This document shows, piece after piece, positions 35,773 through 45,834 of a stretch of 59,161 bases of DNA; positions within the stretch are counted from its first letter, which is position 1; each line of letters opens with the position of its first letter. The notes below the pieces were generated by a model. It did not search any database and had not been told where the DNA came from. It was given only the letters and a program-made list of their open reading frames with translations. The position numbers and the translations under genes are program-made. The stretch spans positions 1 to 59,161 of the forward strand of contig CAZVGV010000005.1 in the NCBI GenBank assembly GCA_964627055.1. The letters run 5' to 3'. Source of the DNA: an uncultured Gammaproteobacteria bacterium (GTDB lineage Bacteria; Patescibacteriota; Patescibacteriia; Magasanikbacterales; JBBTQS01).

Positions 35773-38691
35773 ATGCCTACCGCGCCGTTTGCACAATGGG
35801 AGCACGAAATTGCCCAGTATTGGGATGACACTGACGCGTTCAAGAAGTCGCTCGAACTTCGACGTGGTGGAAAGCCATATGTGTTCTACGATGGTCCGCC
35901 ATTTGCGACGGGGTTGCCACACTATGGTCACTTGCTCGCGTCAACAATCAAGGATATTTTTCCGCGGTTTGAGACGATGCGTGGACGATATGTTGAACGT
36001 GTATGGGGGTGGGATTGTCACGGATTGCCAATCGAGAACATCGTAGAGAAGGAGCAGAATCTCACGAGCAAGAAAGATATCGAGAAGTTTGGGGTTGCGG
36101 CATTTAACGATGCATGCTGTAATACCGTGCTTATGTATGCGGGTGAATGGAAAAAAACCGTTCGCCGTCTTGGTCGTTGGGTCGACATGGACCGCGCGTA
36201 CAAAACCATGGACAAGTCGTACATGGAATCAGTGTGGTGGGTTTTTGCCGAGCTTTGGAAGAAGGGGCTCATCTACGAGGGACATAAGGCAATGCATATT
36301 TGCCCTCGTTGCGTGACGCCATTATCGAATTTCGAAGTGGCGCAAGGATACAAGGATGTGAAGGACTTGAGCGTGACTGCGAAATTCCGTGTGAAGAACG
36401 CACAGGAGAAGCTTGGTATTGCAGGGGATGTGCGTGTCATTGCCTGGACAACAACTCCTTGGACACTACCAGGTAATGTATTGCTCGCGGTTGGTGCAGA
36501 GATAGCGTATGCGCTGGTGAAGATTGAAGGAGATGAGACCTTGTGTGTGGTTGCCAAGGAGCGCATCAATGAACTCATCGACAATAAGAAATATGAAGTC
36601 GTGAAGGAGGTTGCAGGCTCGGCATTGGTTGGCCTGACATACGAGCCACTCTTCCCGTACTATGCATCGACACCCAATGCGTTCCGTGTTGTTGCGGCTG
36701 ATTTTGTGACAACAGAAAACGGTACAGGTGTGGTGCATATCGCTCCGGCATTTGGTGAAGATGACTACAATGTGGGCAAGCGCGAAGAAGTGCCGATGGT
36801 GCAGCATGTGGGCATGGATGGTGTGTTTCGTCCTGAGGTTACGGATTTTGCTGGTAAGGAAGTGAAACCTAAGGATGATACCACTGCAACAGACGTAGAG
36901 ATCATCAAGTGGCTTGCACATAATGATGCGCTTTTCTCCAAGGCGAAGTACGAGCATAGCTATCCACATTGCTGGCGCTGTGACACGCCGCTACTCAATT
37001 ACGCAACGAGCAGCTGGTTCGTGAAGGTGACGCATCTTACTGGCGATTTGCTTGCAACCAATGCAAAGACACATTGGATGCCAGAGCACATTAAGGATGG
37101 GCGATTCGGGAAGTGGCTTGAAGGTGCGCGCGACTGGGCAATCTCACGCAATCGATTCTGGGGAGCACCTTTGCCGGTTTGGAAATCTGAAGATGGCGAT
37201 GTGTTGTGCTTTGGTTCGGTTGCAGAGCTTGAGGCAGCCTGTGGAAAGCCTGTGGATGATTTGCACAAGCAACATGTAGATGCCATTGAGATCCAGAAAG
37301 ATGGCAGAACCTACCGTCGCATACCAGAAGTACTCGACTGTTGGTTTGAGTCTGGTTCCATGCCATACGGCCAGATGCACTATCCATTTGAGAATAAGGC
37401 GGAGTTTGAGGCTGGGTTCCCAGCAGAGTTCATTGGTGAAGGTCAGGATCAGACGCGAGGTTGGTTCTATACACTTCACGTGCTCGCAACGGCACTTACG
37501 CGTGGCGAAAATCCATCGATTCGTGTTGAAGGAGGAATGGTTCCTGCATTTCGTAATGTCATTGTGAATGGCATTATCCTTGCGGAAGACGGCAAGAAAA
37601 TGTCCAAGCGTCTCAAGAATTATCCGGACCCAGTAGAAATCGTGGAGAAGTATTCGTCTGATGCACTACGCTGGTATCTCGCGTCGTCACCTGTGGTGCG
37701 TGCAGAGGAGTTGCGATTCTCGGAGCGTGAAGTAGATGAGGTGTACAAAAAGACGATGCTCATCTTCTGGAACGTGGTGGAATTTTTGCAGCTCTACACG
37801 AAGGATGGAGGTCTTGCAGGTGGCACTGTGGTTGGTACAGGTAACGTACTTGATCGCTGGATCATGGCGCGCTTGCATGGCCTTACCGATACGGTAACGC
37901 GCTCGCTTGAGGCATATGATCTCGTGACAGCAACGCATTCGATTGCAGACTTCATCACGGAGTTGTCGCAGTGGTATGTGCGTCGTTCGCGTGATCGATT
38001 CAAGGAGCCAACAGATGATGCGCGTGCAGCGGCAGCAACACTACGCGAAGTAGTGATGACAGTTGCGAAGTTGATGGCACCGTTTGCACCGTTCATCAGT
38101 GAGAAGGCGTATATGACGCTCGGTGGGGAGAAGGCATCGGTACATCATGAAGATTGGCCGGTTGCAGGTGAGAAGGACTCGGCGATCACTGAACAAATGG
38201 AGACTGCTCGCAAGATTGTAGAAATGGGTCTTGCGGCGCGTGCAGAAGCCAAGCTCAAGATTCGTCAGCCGCTTGCAGCACTGCATGTGACAGGGGTGAC
38301 GGTCGATGCGGCACTCGCGGAAATTATTGCCGACGAGTTGAATGTCAAAGTTGTAGATGGCACGACAGATGATGCTGGAATTACGAAGGAGGCGTCGGGA
38401 ATTCGTATTGTACTCGACGTTGCTATCACGGATAGCTTGCGTCAAGAAGGAGTGGCTCGTGAACTCGTTCGTGCAATCAATGAGCAGCGCAAGAAGCTCG
38501 GGTTCACGATTGCTGATCATGCAGTAGTGACGATCACAGGTGAATCACAGTGGTTGCGAGATGCAATCGCTACGCATATGAACACGATTGGTAGTCAGGC
38601 GCGTGCGACCATTGTAGTCGAGGCAGCTCCGGCGAGCGAACAGACACTCGCGTTCGATGAAGGCGCTCTTCACATCACCGTAACAAAATAA
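35773..38691 (+). CDS. ileS: Isoleucine--tRNA ligase, type 2
   Basis: DGPPFATGLPHYGH, WTTTPWTLP, GTGVVH, DWAISRNR, KMSKR. Confidence 0.97.
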   Translation: MPTAPFAQWEHEIAQYWDDTDAFKKSLELRRGGKPYVFYDGPPFATGLPHYGHLLASTIKDIFPRFETMRGRYVERVWGWDCHGLPIENIVEKEQNLTSKKDIEKFGVAAFNDACCNTVLMYAGEWKKTVRRLGRWVDMDRAYKTMDKSYMESVWWVFAELWKKGLIYEGHKAMHICPRCVTPLSNFEVAQGYKDVKDLSVTAKFRVKNAQEKLGIAGDVRVIAWTTTPWTLPGNVLLAVGAEIAYALVKIEGDETLCVVAKERINELIDNKKYEVVKEVAGSALVGLTYEPLFPYYASTPNAFRVVAADFVTTENGTGVVHIAPAFGEDDYNVGKREEVPMVQHVGMDGVFRPEVTDFAGKEVKPKDDTTATDVEIIKWLAHNDALFSKAKYEHSYPHCWRCDTPLLNYATSSWFVKVTHLTGDLLATNAKTHWMPEHIKDGRFGKWLEGARDWAISRNRFWGAPLPVWKSEDGDVLCFGSVAELEAACGKPVDDLHKQHVDAIEIQKDGRTYRRIPEVLDCWFESGSMPYGQMHYPFENKAEFEAGFPAEFIGEGQDQTRGWFYTLHVLATALTRGENPSIRVEGGMVPAFRNVIVNGIILAEDGKKMSKRLKNYPDPVEIVEKYSSDALRWYLASSPVVRAEELRFSEREVDEVYKKTMLIFWNVVEFLQLYTKDGGLAGGTVVGTGNVLDRWIMARLHGLTDTVTRSLEAYDLVTATHSIADFITELSQWYVRRSRDRFKEPTDDARAAAATLREVVMTVAKLMAPFAPFISEKAYMTLGGEKASVHHEDWPVAGEKDSAITEQMETARKIVEMGLAARAEAKLKIRQPLAALHVTGVTVDAALAEIIADELNVKVVDGTTDDAGITKEASGIRIVLDVAITDSLRQEGVARELVRAINEQRKKLGFTIADHAVVTITGESQWLRDAIATHMNTIGSQARATIVVEAAPASEQTLAFDEGALHITVTK

Positions 38692-38696
38692 CCACT

Positions 38697-40157
38697 ATGC
38701 AGTGGACCATTCGAACAACACCACAGGAATCTGAAGTGCTGCCATTATTGGTTGTGCCTGTGTTTACAGGGGACAAAGCAATGAAGGAGTATCCAGTGGT
38801 GAGCGAAGATTTTGATGCGAAATTTGGCAAAACGCAGTTACTGTACACTGACCCAAGCAACGGCGCGGCGCGCGTCTTGCTGGTTGGACTCGGTGAGCGT
38901 AAGCAGTTTTCGCTTGTTCGGTTACAGCGGGCATTTGGTATTGCAACCATTGCAGCACAGAGTAAGAAGATCTCGACATTCGGTGTCATCATGCACGAAG
39001 CATTCTTCAAGAAGTGCAAGCCAATGGTGTTAGGTGAGCATGTAGCCCGCGCTGTATTGAGCGCGAGTTATAGTTTCGATGAGTACAAGAGTGGGGAGGA
39101 GCGACATGTCGCTCCTGTAGCAGCAGTGACGCTGTTGCAAGTTCCAGCGATTCGCCGTGCAGCGCTCGAAAAAGGTCTGGTGAGCGGTACGGCAATTGCT
39201 AAGGCAATTACACTTGTGCGGACGCTTGGTAATACGCCACCGATGACCATGACACCAACGAAGATGGCGGAGGCGGCAATGGATGTTGCGGCAGAGTATC
39301 CCAAGACCATGACGTGCGAAGTGTTCGAGCGTTCCCATATGGCCGAAATGGGTATGGGTGGGTTGCTGGGTGTTGCACAGGGATCTGCGGAGCCTCCGAA
39401 GTTTATTGTCCTTGAATACAATAATGCACCGAAGAGTGCAGCGCCGATCGTGTTGGTGGGCAAAGGGATCACCTTCGATTCGGGTGGAATTTCGATCAAG
39501 CCAGCAGATAAAATGGATGAGATGAAATTCGACATGCTTGGTGGTGCGACTGTCATTGGCACACTCGCTGCAGTAGCGGCATTGCAGTTGCGTGTGCGTG
39601 TTATAGGACTGGTGCCAGCGACTGAGAACTTGCCTGGTGGTACAGCGTATCGTCCAGGAGATATTCTGCGAACGATGAGTGGCAAGACGATTGAGGTATT
39701 GAATACGGATGCAGAAGGTCGCATTATTCTTGCTGATGCGCTTTCGTACGCAACGAAATTCAAGCCTCGTATGTGTGTGGATCTCGCAACGCTTACAGGC
39801 GCATGTGTGGTAGCGTTGGGAACAGAACGCGCAGGGCTCTTCAGCCCAGACACAAAGGTAGCAAATGCATTGCTCTCAGCAGCTGAGCACACAGGTGATC
39901 AGATTTGGCGAATGCCATTGGGTGAAGAGTTCAGTGAGGCGATTGTGAGTGAGATTGCTGACGTGAAGAATATTGGAGGCGGACGAGATGGTGGTGCAAG
40001 CACTGCGGCAGCGTTCCTCGCGGAATTTGTTTCGTATCCTTGGGCGCATCTTGATATTGCAGGTACTGCATGGAATATGAAACCCAAACCATGGTTGCGC
40101 GCAGGTGCAACAGGACATGGGGTACATTTGCTCATTGAGTTCTTGCGCAACGTATGA
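38697..40157 (+). CDS. pepA: Leucyl aminopeptidase (M17)
   Basis: VGKGITFDSGG, MKFDM.G, NTDAEGR, ATLTGA, HLDIAG. Confidence 0.96.
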   Translation: MQWTIRTTPQESEVLPLLVVPVFTGDKAMKEYPVVSEDFDAKFGKTQLLYTDPSNGAARVLLVGLGERKQFSLVRLQRAFGIATIAAQSKKISTFGVIMHEAFFKKCKPMVLGEHVARAVLSASYSFDEYKSGEERHVAPVAAVTLLQVPAIRRAALEKGLVSGTAIAKAITLVRTLGNTPPMTMTPTKMAEAAMDVAAEYPKTMTCEVFERSHMAEMGMGGLLGVAQGSAEPPKFIVLEYNNAPKSAAPIVLVGKGITFDSGGISIKPADKMDEMKFDMLGGATVIGTLAAVAALQLRVRVIGLVPATENLPGGTAYRPGDILRTMSGKTIEVLNTDAEGRIILADALSYATKFKPRMCVDLATLTGACVVALGTERAGLFSPDTKVANALLSAAEHTGDQIWRMPLGEEFSEAIVSEIADVKNIGGGRDGGASTAAAFLAEFVSYPWAHLDIAGTAWNMKPKPWLRAGATGHGVHLLIEFLRNV

Positions 40158-40744
40158 TCGTACGAATCACCGGCGAAGTTGTAGAAAAAAATGAGTCCGC
40201 CTTGGTCATCATGTGCGGTGGAATTGGGTATGAGGTGCTTGTGAATCCGTCGGTGAACGAAGTTGCGCGTGTGGGTGAGACGATCACACTTTCAACGTAT
40301 TTTTCTATTCGTGAGAATTCGCAAGAACTCTTCGGGTTCTTGTCGCGCGACGCGTTGGGGTTGTTCAAGCAGTTATTGACGATTAGTGGTGTGGGCCCCA
40401 AGACAGCACTGCATATTCTTTCTCTTGGATCTGTTGAGGAACTTACGGGTGCGATTGCGCGTGGAGATCTCGCATATCTCACGAAGGTCGCAGGAGTGGG
40501 CAAAAAGACAGCAGAACGTATTGTGGTAGAGCTCAAGGGCAAGGTGGCGGCGGTTGCGTCCGCGTCATCGGTGGGCGGCGCGGCAGCAGGAGACGGTGCT
40601 GCAGAACTTGTTGAGCTCCTTGCACAAATGGGGTATTCGCCAGAGGAGGCGCGCGAGGCAGCGCGTCATGCGATGGTGTTGTTGCCTGAGGCGACACTTG
40701 AGGTTCGGTTGCGTGCGGCATTGCAATCGCTGGCACGTTCATAA
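40154..40744 (+). CDS. ruvA: Holliday junction branch migration protein RuvA
   Basis: GGIGYEV, LFGF, ISGVGPKTAL, GVGKKTAERIVVELK. Confidence 0.96.
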   Translation: MIVRITGEVVEKNESALVIMCGGIGYEVLVNPSVNEVARVGETITLSTYFSIRENSQELFGFLSRDALGLFKQLLTISGVGPKTALHILSLGSVEELTGAIARGDLAYLTKVAGVGKKTAERIVVELKGKVAAVASASSVGGAAAGDGAAELVELLAQMGYSPEEAREAARHAMVLLPEATLEVRLRAALQSLARS

Positions 40745-40746
40745 CT

Positions 40747-41646
40747 ATGGCGCAGTCTTTTTTGCAGTCTCCAGCATGGCTCGCATTCCTCGCATCCGAG
40801 GGGCAGTGCATGCATGGACATGCACCAGAATGGCAGTGGACCGAGCGTAGGATGGGTCACATTGGGTCGTACTGGTATGGCGGATTTGTGCGTGGTGGGC
40901 AGGGGGACGTGAGCGCGATTGTGCGTGAAGCGCAACGCACAGGTGCTGTGTTCTTACGTGTTTCGCCAGTTGATGTAGAGACCGCTGATGTGTTGCGGCA
41001 GACTGCGCCAGATGCGCGTCGTGTGAGTGATGCACAGCCGTCTACGTCACTTGTGTTGGATCTGCGATCAGATGAAGCGTCGTTGCTTCGTGGGTTCAAG
41101 ACAAAAACTCGATACAACATTGGTGTTGCACAGCGGCATGGTGTTCGGGTGGAGATTGTACAGACGCCGCTTCCTGCAGCCACCTTCGAGAAGGTATGGT
41201 CACTGTACGAGGACACGGCACGTCGGCATGGGATTCGCAATCACCCGCGTGCGCATTATGCGAACGCACCGGGAGAGTGGGTGCTTGCGTGGCTGGGTGA
41301 CGAGTTGTTGAATGCGCACTTTTGCGTTGGTTATGATGGTGTGTACACATATCTCTACGGCGCTTCATCTGCTGAGCACAAGGATGCGATGGCGTCCTAT
41401 CTCACTCAGTGGGAGACCATTCGTCATGCGAAGGCTCGTGGGTATGTGTCGTATGACTTTTGGGGGATAGCGCCTGATACTGCGGATATCATGCATCCGT
41501 ATCATGGGATTACACGATTCAAGATGGGGTTTGGTGGCGTGGTTGTATCATATCCCGGCACATTCGAAATTCCCGTTGCGCGTGGTCGGTACTTGGTGTA
41601 TCGTTTTGCAAAATGCATGCGTTCATTGCTGCGCAAGAAGAAATAA
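40747..41646 (+). CDS. FemABX/MurM-family lipid II:amino-acid ligase
   Basis: FLQS..W, K.KTRYNI, YLYGAS, L.QW..I..AK..G...YDFWG, G.TRFK.GFGG. Confidence 0.88.
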   Translation: MAQSFLQSPAWLAFLASEGQCMHGHAPEWQWTERRMGHIGSYWYGGFVRGGQGDVSAIVREAQRTGAVFLRVSPVDVETADVLRQTAPDARRVSDAQPSTSLVLDLRSDEASLLRGFKTKTRYNIGVAQRHGVRVEIVQTPLPAATFEKVWSLYEDTARRHGIRNHPRAHYANAPGEWVLAWLGDELLNAHFCVGYDGVYTYLYGASSAEHKDAMASYLTQWETIRHAKARGYVSYDFWGIAPDTADIMHPYHGITRFKMGFGGVVVSYPGTFEIPVARGRYLVYRFAKCMRSLLRKKK

Positions 41647-41648
41647 AC

Positions 41649-41720
41649 GCCTCCGTCGTTCAATGGATAGGACACAGGTTTCCGGTACCTGTGATAGGGG
41701 TTCGATTCCTCTCGGGGGCA
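41649..41720 (+). tRNA. tRNA-Arg(CCG)
   Basis: GCCTCCG/CGGGGGC acceptor, CAGGT-TTCCGGT-ACCTG, GTTCGAT. Confidence 0.93.
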
Positions 41721-41891
41721 CACTGCTGCTTTTGTTTTTGGAGTACAACCTCAATTTCACTATCCGCGAAATTGGGTTTCTAACTCGGTCGACCGGGTTG
41801 CATCTTTGTGTCTCGCGACAGGAGTAGCTGGCCGGTCGACCTCGCGCTTTTTTATGAGAGTGGTATAGTGATCCAAGTTGCAACCTTTTTT

Positions 41892-42260
41892 ATGCAGATT
41901 ATATTGCCAGACTCACCAGGTGTGCAGCGATATACCGGTCCGGGTGGATATCAGGTAGCACTGACTAAGGTGGGAATCGATCGACAGATAGATGTGTTCG
42001 GATTTCATGATATTGTAATTCCTGCAGGCGAGTTCAGTAAGGAACACTATCACACGAAGTTTATTGAGCTCTTCTATTGCCTCACAGCAATGCGATTGAA
42101 GATCAATGATGTCATGCATGAAGTGCCGGCGTGTACTATGATTGTGCTGCAGCCAGGGGATCGGCATGAGGTGTATGCAGATGCGCAGGATGTGAGATTT
42201 TTTGCGATGAAGTTCCCTCACATTGACGGTGACAAAGTAGTAACACCAGACTCGCAATGA
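41892..42260 (+). CDS. Cupin-domain protein
   Basis: HYH..F.E and GDRH metal motifs. Confidence 0.8.
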   Translation: MQIILPDSPGVQRYTGPGGYQVALTKVGIDRQIDVFGFHDIVIPAGEFSKEHYHTKFIELFYCLTAMRLKINDVMHEVPACTMIVLQPGDRHEVYADAQDVRFFAMKFPHIDGDKVVTPDSQ

Positions 42261-42829
42261 TTATTTTGCTTCCAACTCGACGCTATCGGTTGGTATTGAG
42301 TATTGGCGTGTGGTTGCTATGTGCTGTTTTTGTGTTTTTTGCTGGTGCCATGATTCTTGAAACGCTTACAGTAGTTGCCGTCATCAAGCTTCTGCTACTT
42401 GTTACGGTTCTGACGTGGGTGTATCGACACATTACCCGTATTGGAGAAATTCGACTAACATCAACAGAACTTCACGTGTTGCAGCCTGGATATGTCGTGC
42501 GTATCCCGTTTGCGCACGTTGGGCACGTGCAACAGCGTGCGCAAACTCTCGTGCAGACGTCAGCAGGGTTGCAAACACGTGTGCATCGCGTGATTCTCGA
42601 TGTGACACTAACGAGCGGCAAGGTAAAGCCGGTAGTGATTTCTATACTGTCTCATGAGGATGCTCAATGGATTGAAAAACTTCTTCAGTTAGCTCAAACA
42701 CAGGACCAGAAGGCTGTAGCAGCGTATCTTACAACACGAGCAGATGGACAAGGTTCAAAAGGGTATGTTTGGGTTGGGATTTCTTTCCTTATTGTAGGCT
42801 CGAGTATCGGATTGATGTTTTACTTGTAG
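42257..42829 (+). CDS. Membrane protein with PH-like soluble domain
   Basis: Two N-terminal TMs, beta-rich middle, C-terminal TM; ATGA coupling to the cupin gene. Confidence 0.65.
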   Translation: MIILLPTRRYRLVLSIGVWLLCAVFVFFAGAMILETLTVVAVIKLLLLVTVLTWVYRHITRIGEIRLTSTELHVLQPGYVVRIPFAHVGHVQQRAQTLVQTSAGLQTRVHRVILDVTLTSGKVKPVVISILSHEDAQWIEKLLQLAQTQDQKAVAAYLTTRADGQGSKGYVWVGISFLIVGSSIGLMFYL

Positions 42830-43911
42830 GGCACGTACCGAAGAAGTGGAGCAATTGCTGCCATATTCACGAAAGAGTAGTCGTCGTTGAGTGAAAAATC
42901 TCGATCATCGCGCCACACCAGACGATCAGGGTTGTGGCGGTCTATGAACCCGAGACCTGCAGATTCTTTGAGCCAGTACTGTTCCCAAGTTTTGTTTCCG
43001 AGATATCGCTCGATCGTGGTGCGAAGAAGTACAGTTTGAAGACCGATACCAGAAGGACGGCCAGAACCACGCCAAGAAAGTTTGCCTGCTGGATACCGAT
43101 TGTGTACATACTGGGCCATCCGATGTGCTGTTGTGGTGTAGCTAGTATCGCCCAGCTCTTGCCCGACAAGTGCGAGCATGGTGGCGGCAACAAGGTGGTA
43201 GTGCAGAGAGTATCGTGCGGGCACCCCTTCGCGGTAGATACCCATTGCATCTACCGAACGTAGACCAACGGAAGTTTTTTCTCGAATGAGTTTTATGTAT
43301 CTTTCCGTTTCTTCTTCAGAAAATGAAAGAAGCGGGTCGCGAAGAATAAGAACGCCATATCCCGCGCCAAGGAGAGCTCTATTTTCTGTGTCTGGTGCAC
43401 GTAAGACCCAAGGAAGCATCTCTTGAATATTTGCGAGCGCCTGCGCGCGTTCCTCAGGGGCCAGTATGTCAGGGCGAGATTGAAGAATGCGAAGTGCGAG
43501 GTAGAGGCCAATTGCATCGTGGAAAGATCGTGTAGAAAGAGTTGTACCGTTACGGCGAACCCAATTTGGTTCCTTTGTGCGACGCGTAATAAGGACGTCG
43601 CGCAGTACGGTTTCGACTTTCTTTCTGCTGTCTGCGTCATCTCGATCAGTATAGGCAAAAGCAAAGGTCATCTGCATTCTAAGATTGTGTGTACTGTCCT
43701 TGGTTCCTTCTTTGTACGCTGAGGATGGAACAGATGATTCCCATCCACTTCCGGTCCAAACAGCATCCAAGTATCTGGAATATCGCTCTGGAATACTATG
43801 GAGTTGTAGATCAATACTTGAAGCTGCTGTTGTAGAATACGAAAACGTGATGCTTGCCAGTACAAGTATCACGCCCACACTACTGCGCTGAAGAAGGTTC
43901 AGGCAGCGCAT
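42820..43911 (-). CDS. Exported helical protein, possibly alpha/alpha-toroid polysaccharide-lyase-like
   Basis: Signal-peptide-like N-term; DTENR, G.Y.EG, YSLHYH motifs. Confidence 0.6.
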   Translation of the reverse strand: MRCLNLLQRSSVGVILVLASITFSYSTTAASSIDLQLHSIPERYSRYLDAVWTGSGWESSVPSSAYKEGTKDSTHNLRMQMTFAFAYTDRDDADSRKKVETVLRDVLITRRTKEPNWVRRNGTTLSTRSFHDAIGLYLALRILQSRPDILAPEERAQALANIQEMLPWVLRAPDTENRALLGAGYGVLILRDPLLSFSEEETERYIKLIREKTSVGLRSVDAMGIYREGVPARYSLHYHLVAATMLALVGQELGDTSYTTTAHRMAQYVHNRYPAGKLSWRGSGRPSGIGLQTVLLRTTIERYLGNKTWEQYWLKESAGLGFIDRHNPDRLVWRDDRDFSLNDDYSFVNMAAIAPLLRYVPYK

Positions 43912-43919
43912 ACTGAGGA

Positions 43920-45824
43920 TTAGTCTCCTAATTCGATCGCAGCAGAGCTGCGCTGCAATGAGCGGTTGATAACAGTGTCAGTTGCCTCAAGCGCTGTGGT
44001 GGTCATGAGGAGCTGCTGTCCAGCTGTTTGTGTATTGAGACGGATGACGAAGGATGCGCGTTCGATCTTGTTGCCGCTCGAAATTGATGGGATTGTCCAG
44101 CGCGCAGATTTTGATTTTGCATCAAAGGTGAGAGAACCGTTTTGGAGTTCTTGGCCGAGCCACTCCACTTCACCCACGAGTGATGCCTTCACTACAACAT
44201 CCTTCACTGCATGTGTGTCATTCTTCACAGTCCAGGTGACGCGGTACGTGTTGCTCTTGCTGGTTGGTTCGAGTGTTTCTGGGTTCACAGGTACTGCGTC
44301 TGCATCAATAGCCGTGTCAGAACCAATAGTAATGGTTATGGGCTGGGTCTGTAACGAAACACGTGTGCCATTGTCGTATGAACCTTCAGCAATGGCGGTG
44401 ATTGTGAATTGGGTGAGCTTTGTGTAATCCAGATTTGCTCTGGACAGGAGACTCAAAGAGAAGGGGATGGTGTCTTCTTTTTGTGGTTCGAGGTTGGCGA
44501 GTGCTGCGCGTTCTTTGCTGCTCCAGGAGAGTGTGACGCGGCGCGTGTCTGGGTTTACCTGTTCTCCTGCAATCTTTGGTTCACTCCCGGCGTTGAGTGA
44601 ATTGATGGCGAGAATCGATTTGTTCTGAAAAGATGGAGTATCCATGACCGCACGAATGGTGAGGTTTTTGATGGGTTTGTCGCTGGTATTCTTGGAGAAC
44701 AATGAGAATGTCAGATTACCTTCCGGCGCAATAAGTACGTCAGAGCTGGATCCATTCGCGATGAGGGAAAGGACCAGTGAGCTACGTGCAATAGGGAGCT
44801 CGTGCTCATGAGTGGCAACAACGTACTCCCGGCCGCTGTCCATCAATGAGGCAGTTGTTACTATTTTTTCGGTTTCCAATGCGTCACCGGTGAAAGAGCC
44901 GTTGGCTGTGAGGGTGATGGGTTTTTCCGGCGTCAGTGATGAAAGTAGCCATGTTCGTGCATCGATGCGCTGTACTCCTGCAGGAATGGTTTCTCCTTTT
45001 TTTGGTTCTGAGAAAGTAAAGTGGCTGCCGCCATCAATGACTACTCGCACGGTACCTGTAGTTGCTGTTGAAACGCGCAACGTAACAGGAAGCGCGATTG
45101 CGGATCCAGGCGAAGCGGTCTTGGGGAACTCTGTAACGAGTGTGATTGGTGATTGGTTAATCGTCTGTGTACTCGAGCCGATTGTCTGAAATTCTGAATT
45201 GAAATTACTTGGTCGATATGTGAAAAAAGCTCGCAGTGATTGTTGTGAACCTGTGGATCCAACAAGAACACCAGTAACTTCAAGTTCTACGTTTTTTCCG
45301 CCCTCAATGACACCAAATCTCCATTTACTTTTTTCTGTATCAACGGGGAGAAGCGTGGTGTTGGTGACAGTGAATCCCTCAGGGTATGCTACTGTGAGTT
45401 CTGTTTTTGAGAGCTCGAGACGCTGTCCATTGCGAATACGGATGCGATAGGTGATAGAGTCGCCTGCGGTGATCGTTTGCGGAGCTTGAATATCGATAGC
45501 TACTGATTGTTCTGCAAAGTCGCTCTGTAACGAACTGAAGACAAAGAAGCCACCCCATGCCGCACCACACGCCAAGAGCAAGAAAACGGTAGCACCAGCA
45601 ACAACACGGCGCCAAGTACGCGAAGCACCGTGCGTGAAATGCTTCATGTCTGGCACGTTACCATCTTCGTCTTTATAAATAGACTGTAGTTGCTGCGTAC
45701 GCTCATCTCGAGACTGCGACTGCTGCGTGCGACTGCTGCGCTCAGGAACTTGTTTTTTTTGTGACGAGGACGCCTTGGTCTTGGGAAGAGGCTTCGCAGT
45801 GAATCGGTGATCTTCGGTAGGCAT
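43920..45824 (-). CDS. Large single-pass membrane protein with tandem Ig-like (DUF11-like) domains
   Basis: Basic N-term, one TM, repeated TY.I...N, YP.GF, W motifs. Confidence 0.75.
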   Translation of the reverse strand: MPTEDHRFTAKPLPKTKASSSQKKQVPERSSRTQQSQSRDERTQQLQSIYKDEDGNVPDMKHFTHGASRTWRRVVAGATVFLLLACGAAWGGFFVFSSLQSDFAEQSVAIDIQAPQTITAGDSITYRIRIRNGQRLELSKTELTVAYPEGFTVTNTTLLPVDTEKSKWRFGVIEGGKNVELEVTGVLVGSTGSQQSLRAFFTYRPSNFNSEFQTIGSSTQTINQSPITLVTEFPKTASPGSAIALPVTLRVSTATTGTVRVVIDGGSHFTFSEPKKGETIPAGVQRIDARTWLLSSLTPEKPITLTANGSFTGDALETEKIVTTASLMDSGREYVVATHEHELPIARSSLVLSLIANGSSSDVLIAPEGNLTFSLFSKNTSDKPIKNLTIRAVMDTPSFQNKSILAINSLNAGSEPKIAGEQVNPDTRRVTLSWSSKERAALANLEPQKEDTIPFSLSLLSRANLDYTKLTQFTITAIAEGSYDNGTRVSLQTQPITITIGSDTAIDADAVPVNPETLEPTSKSNTYRVTWTVKNDTHAVKDVVVKASLVGEVEWLGQELQNGSLTFDAKSKSARWTIPSISSGNKIERASFVIRLNTQTAGQQLLMTTTALEATDTVINRSLQRSSAAIELGD

Positions 45825-45834
45825 ATCGTGGAGG

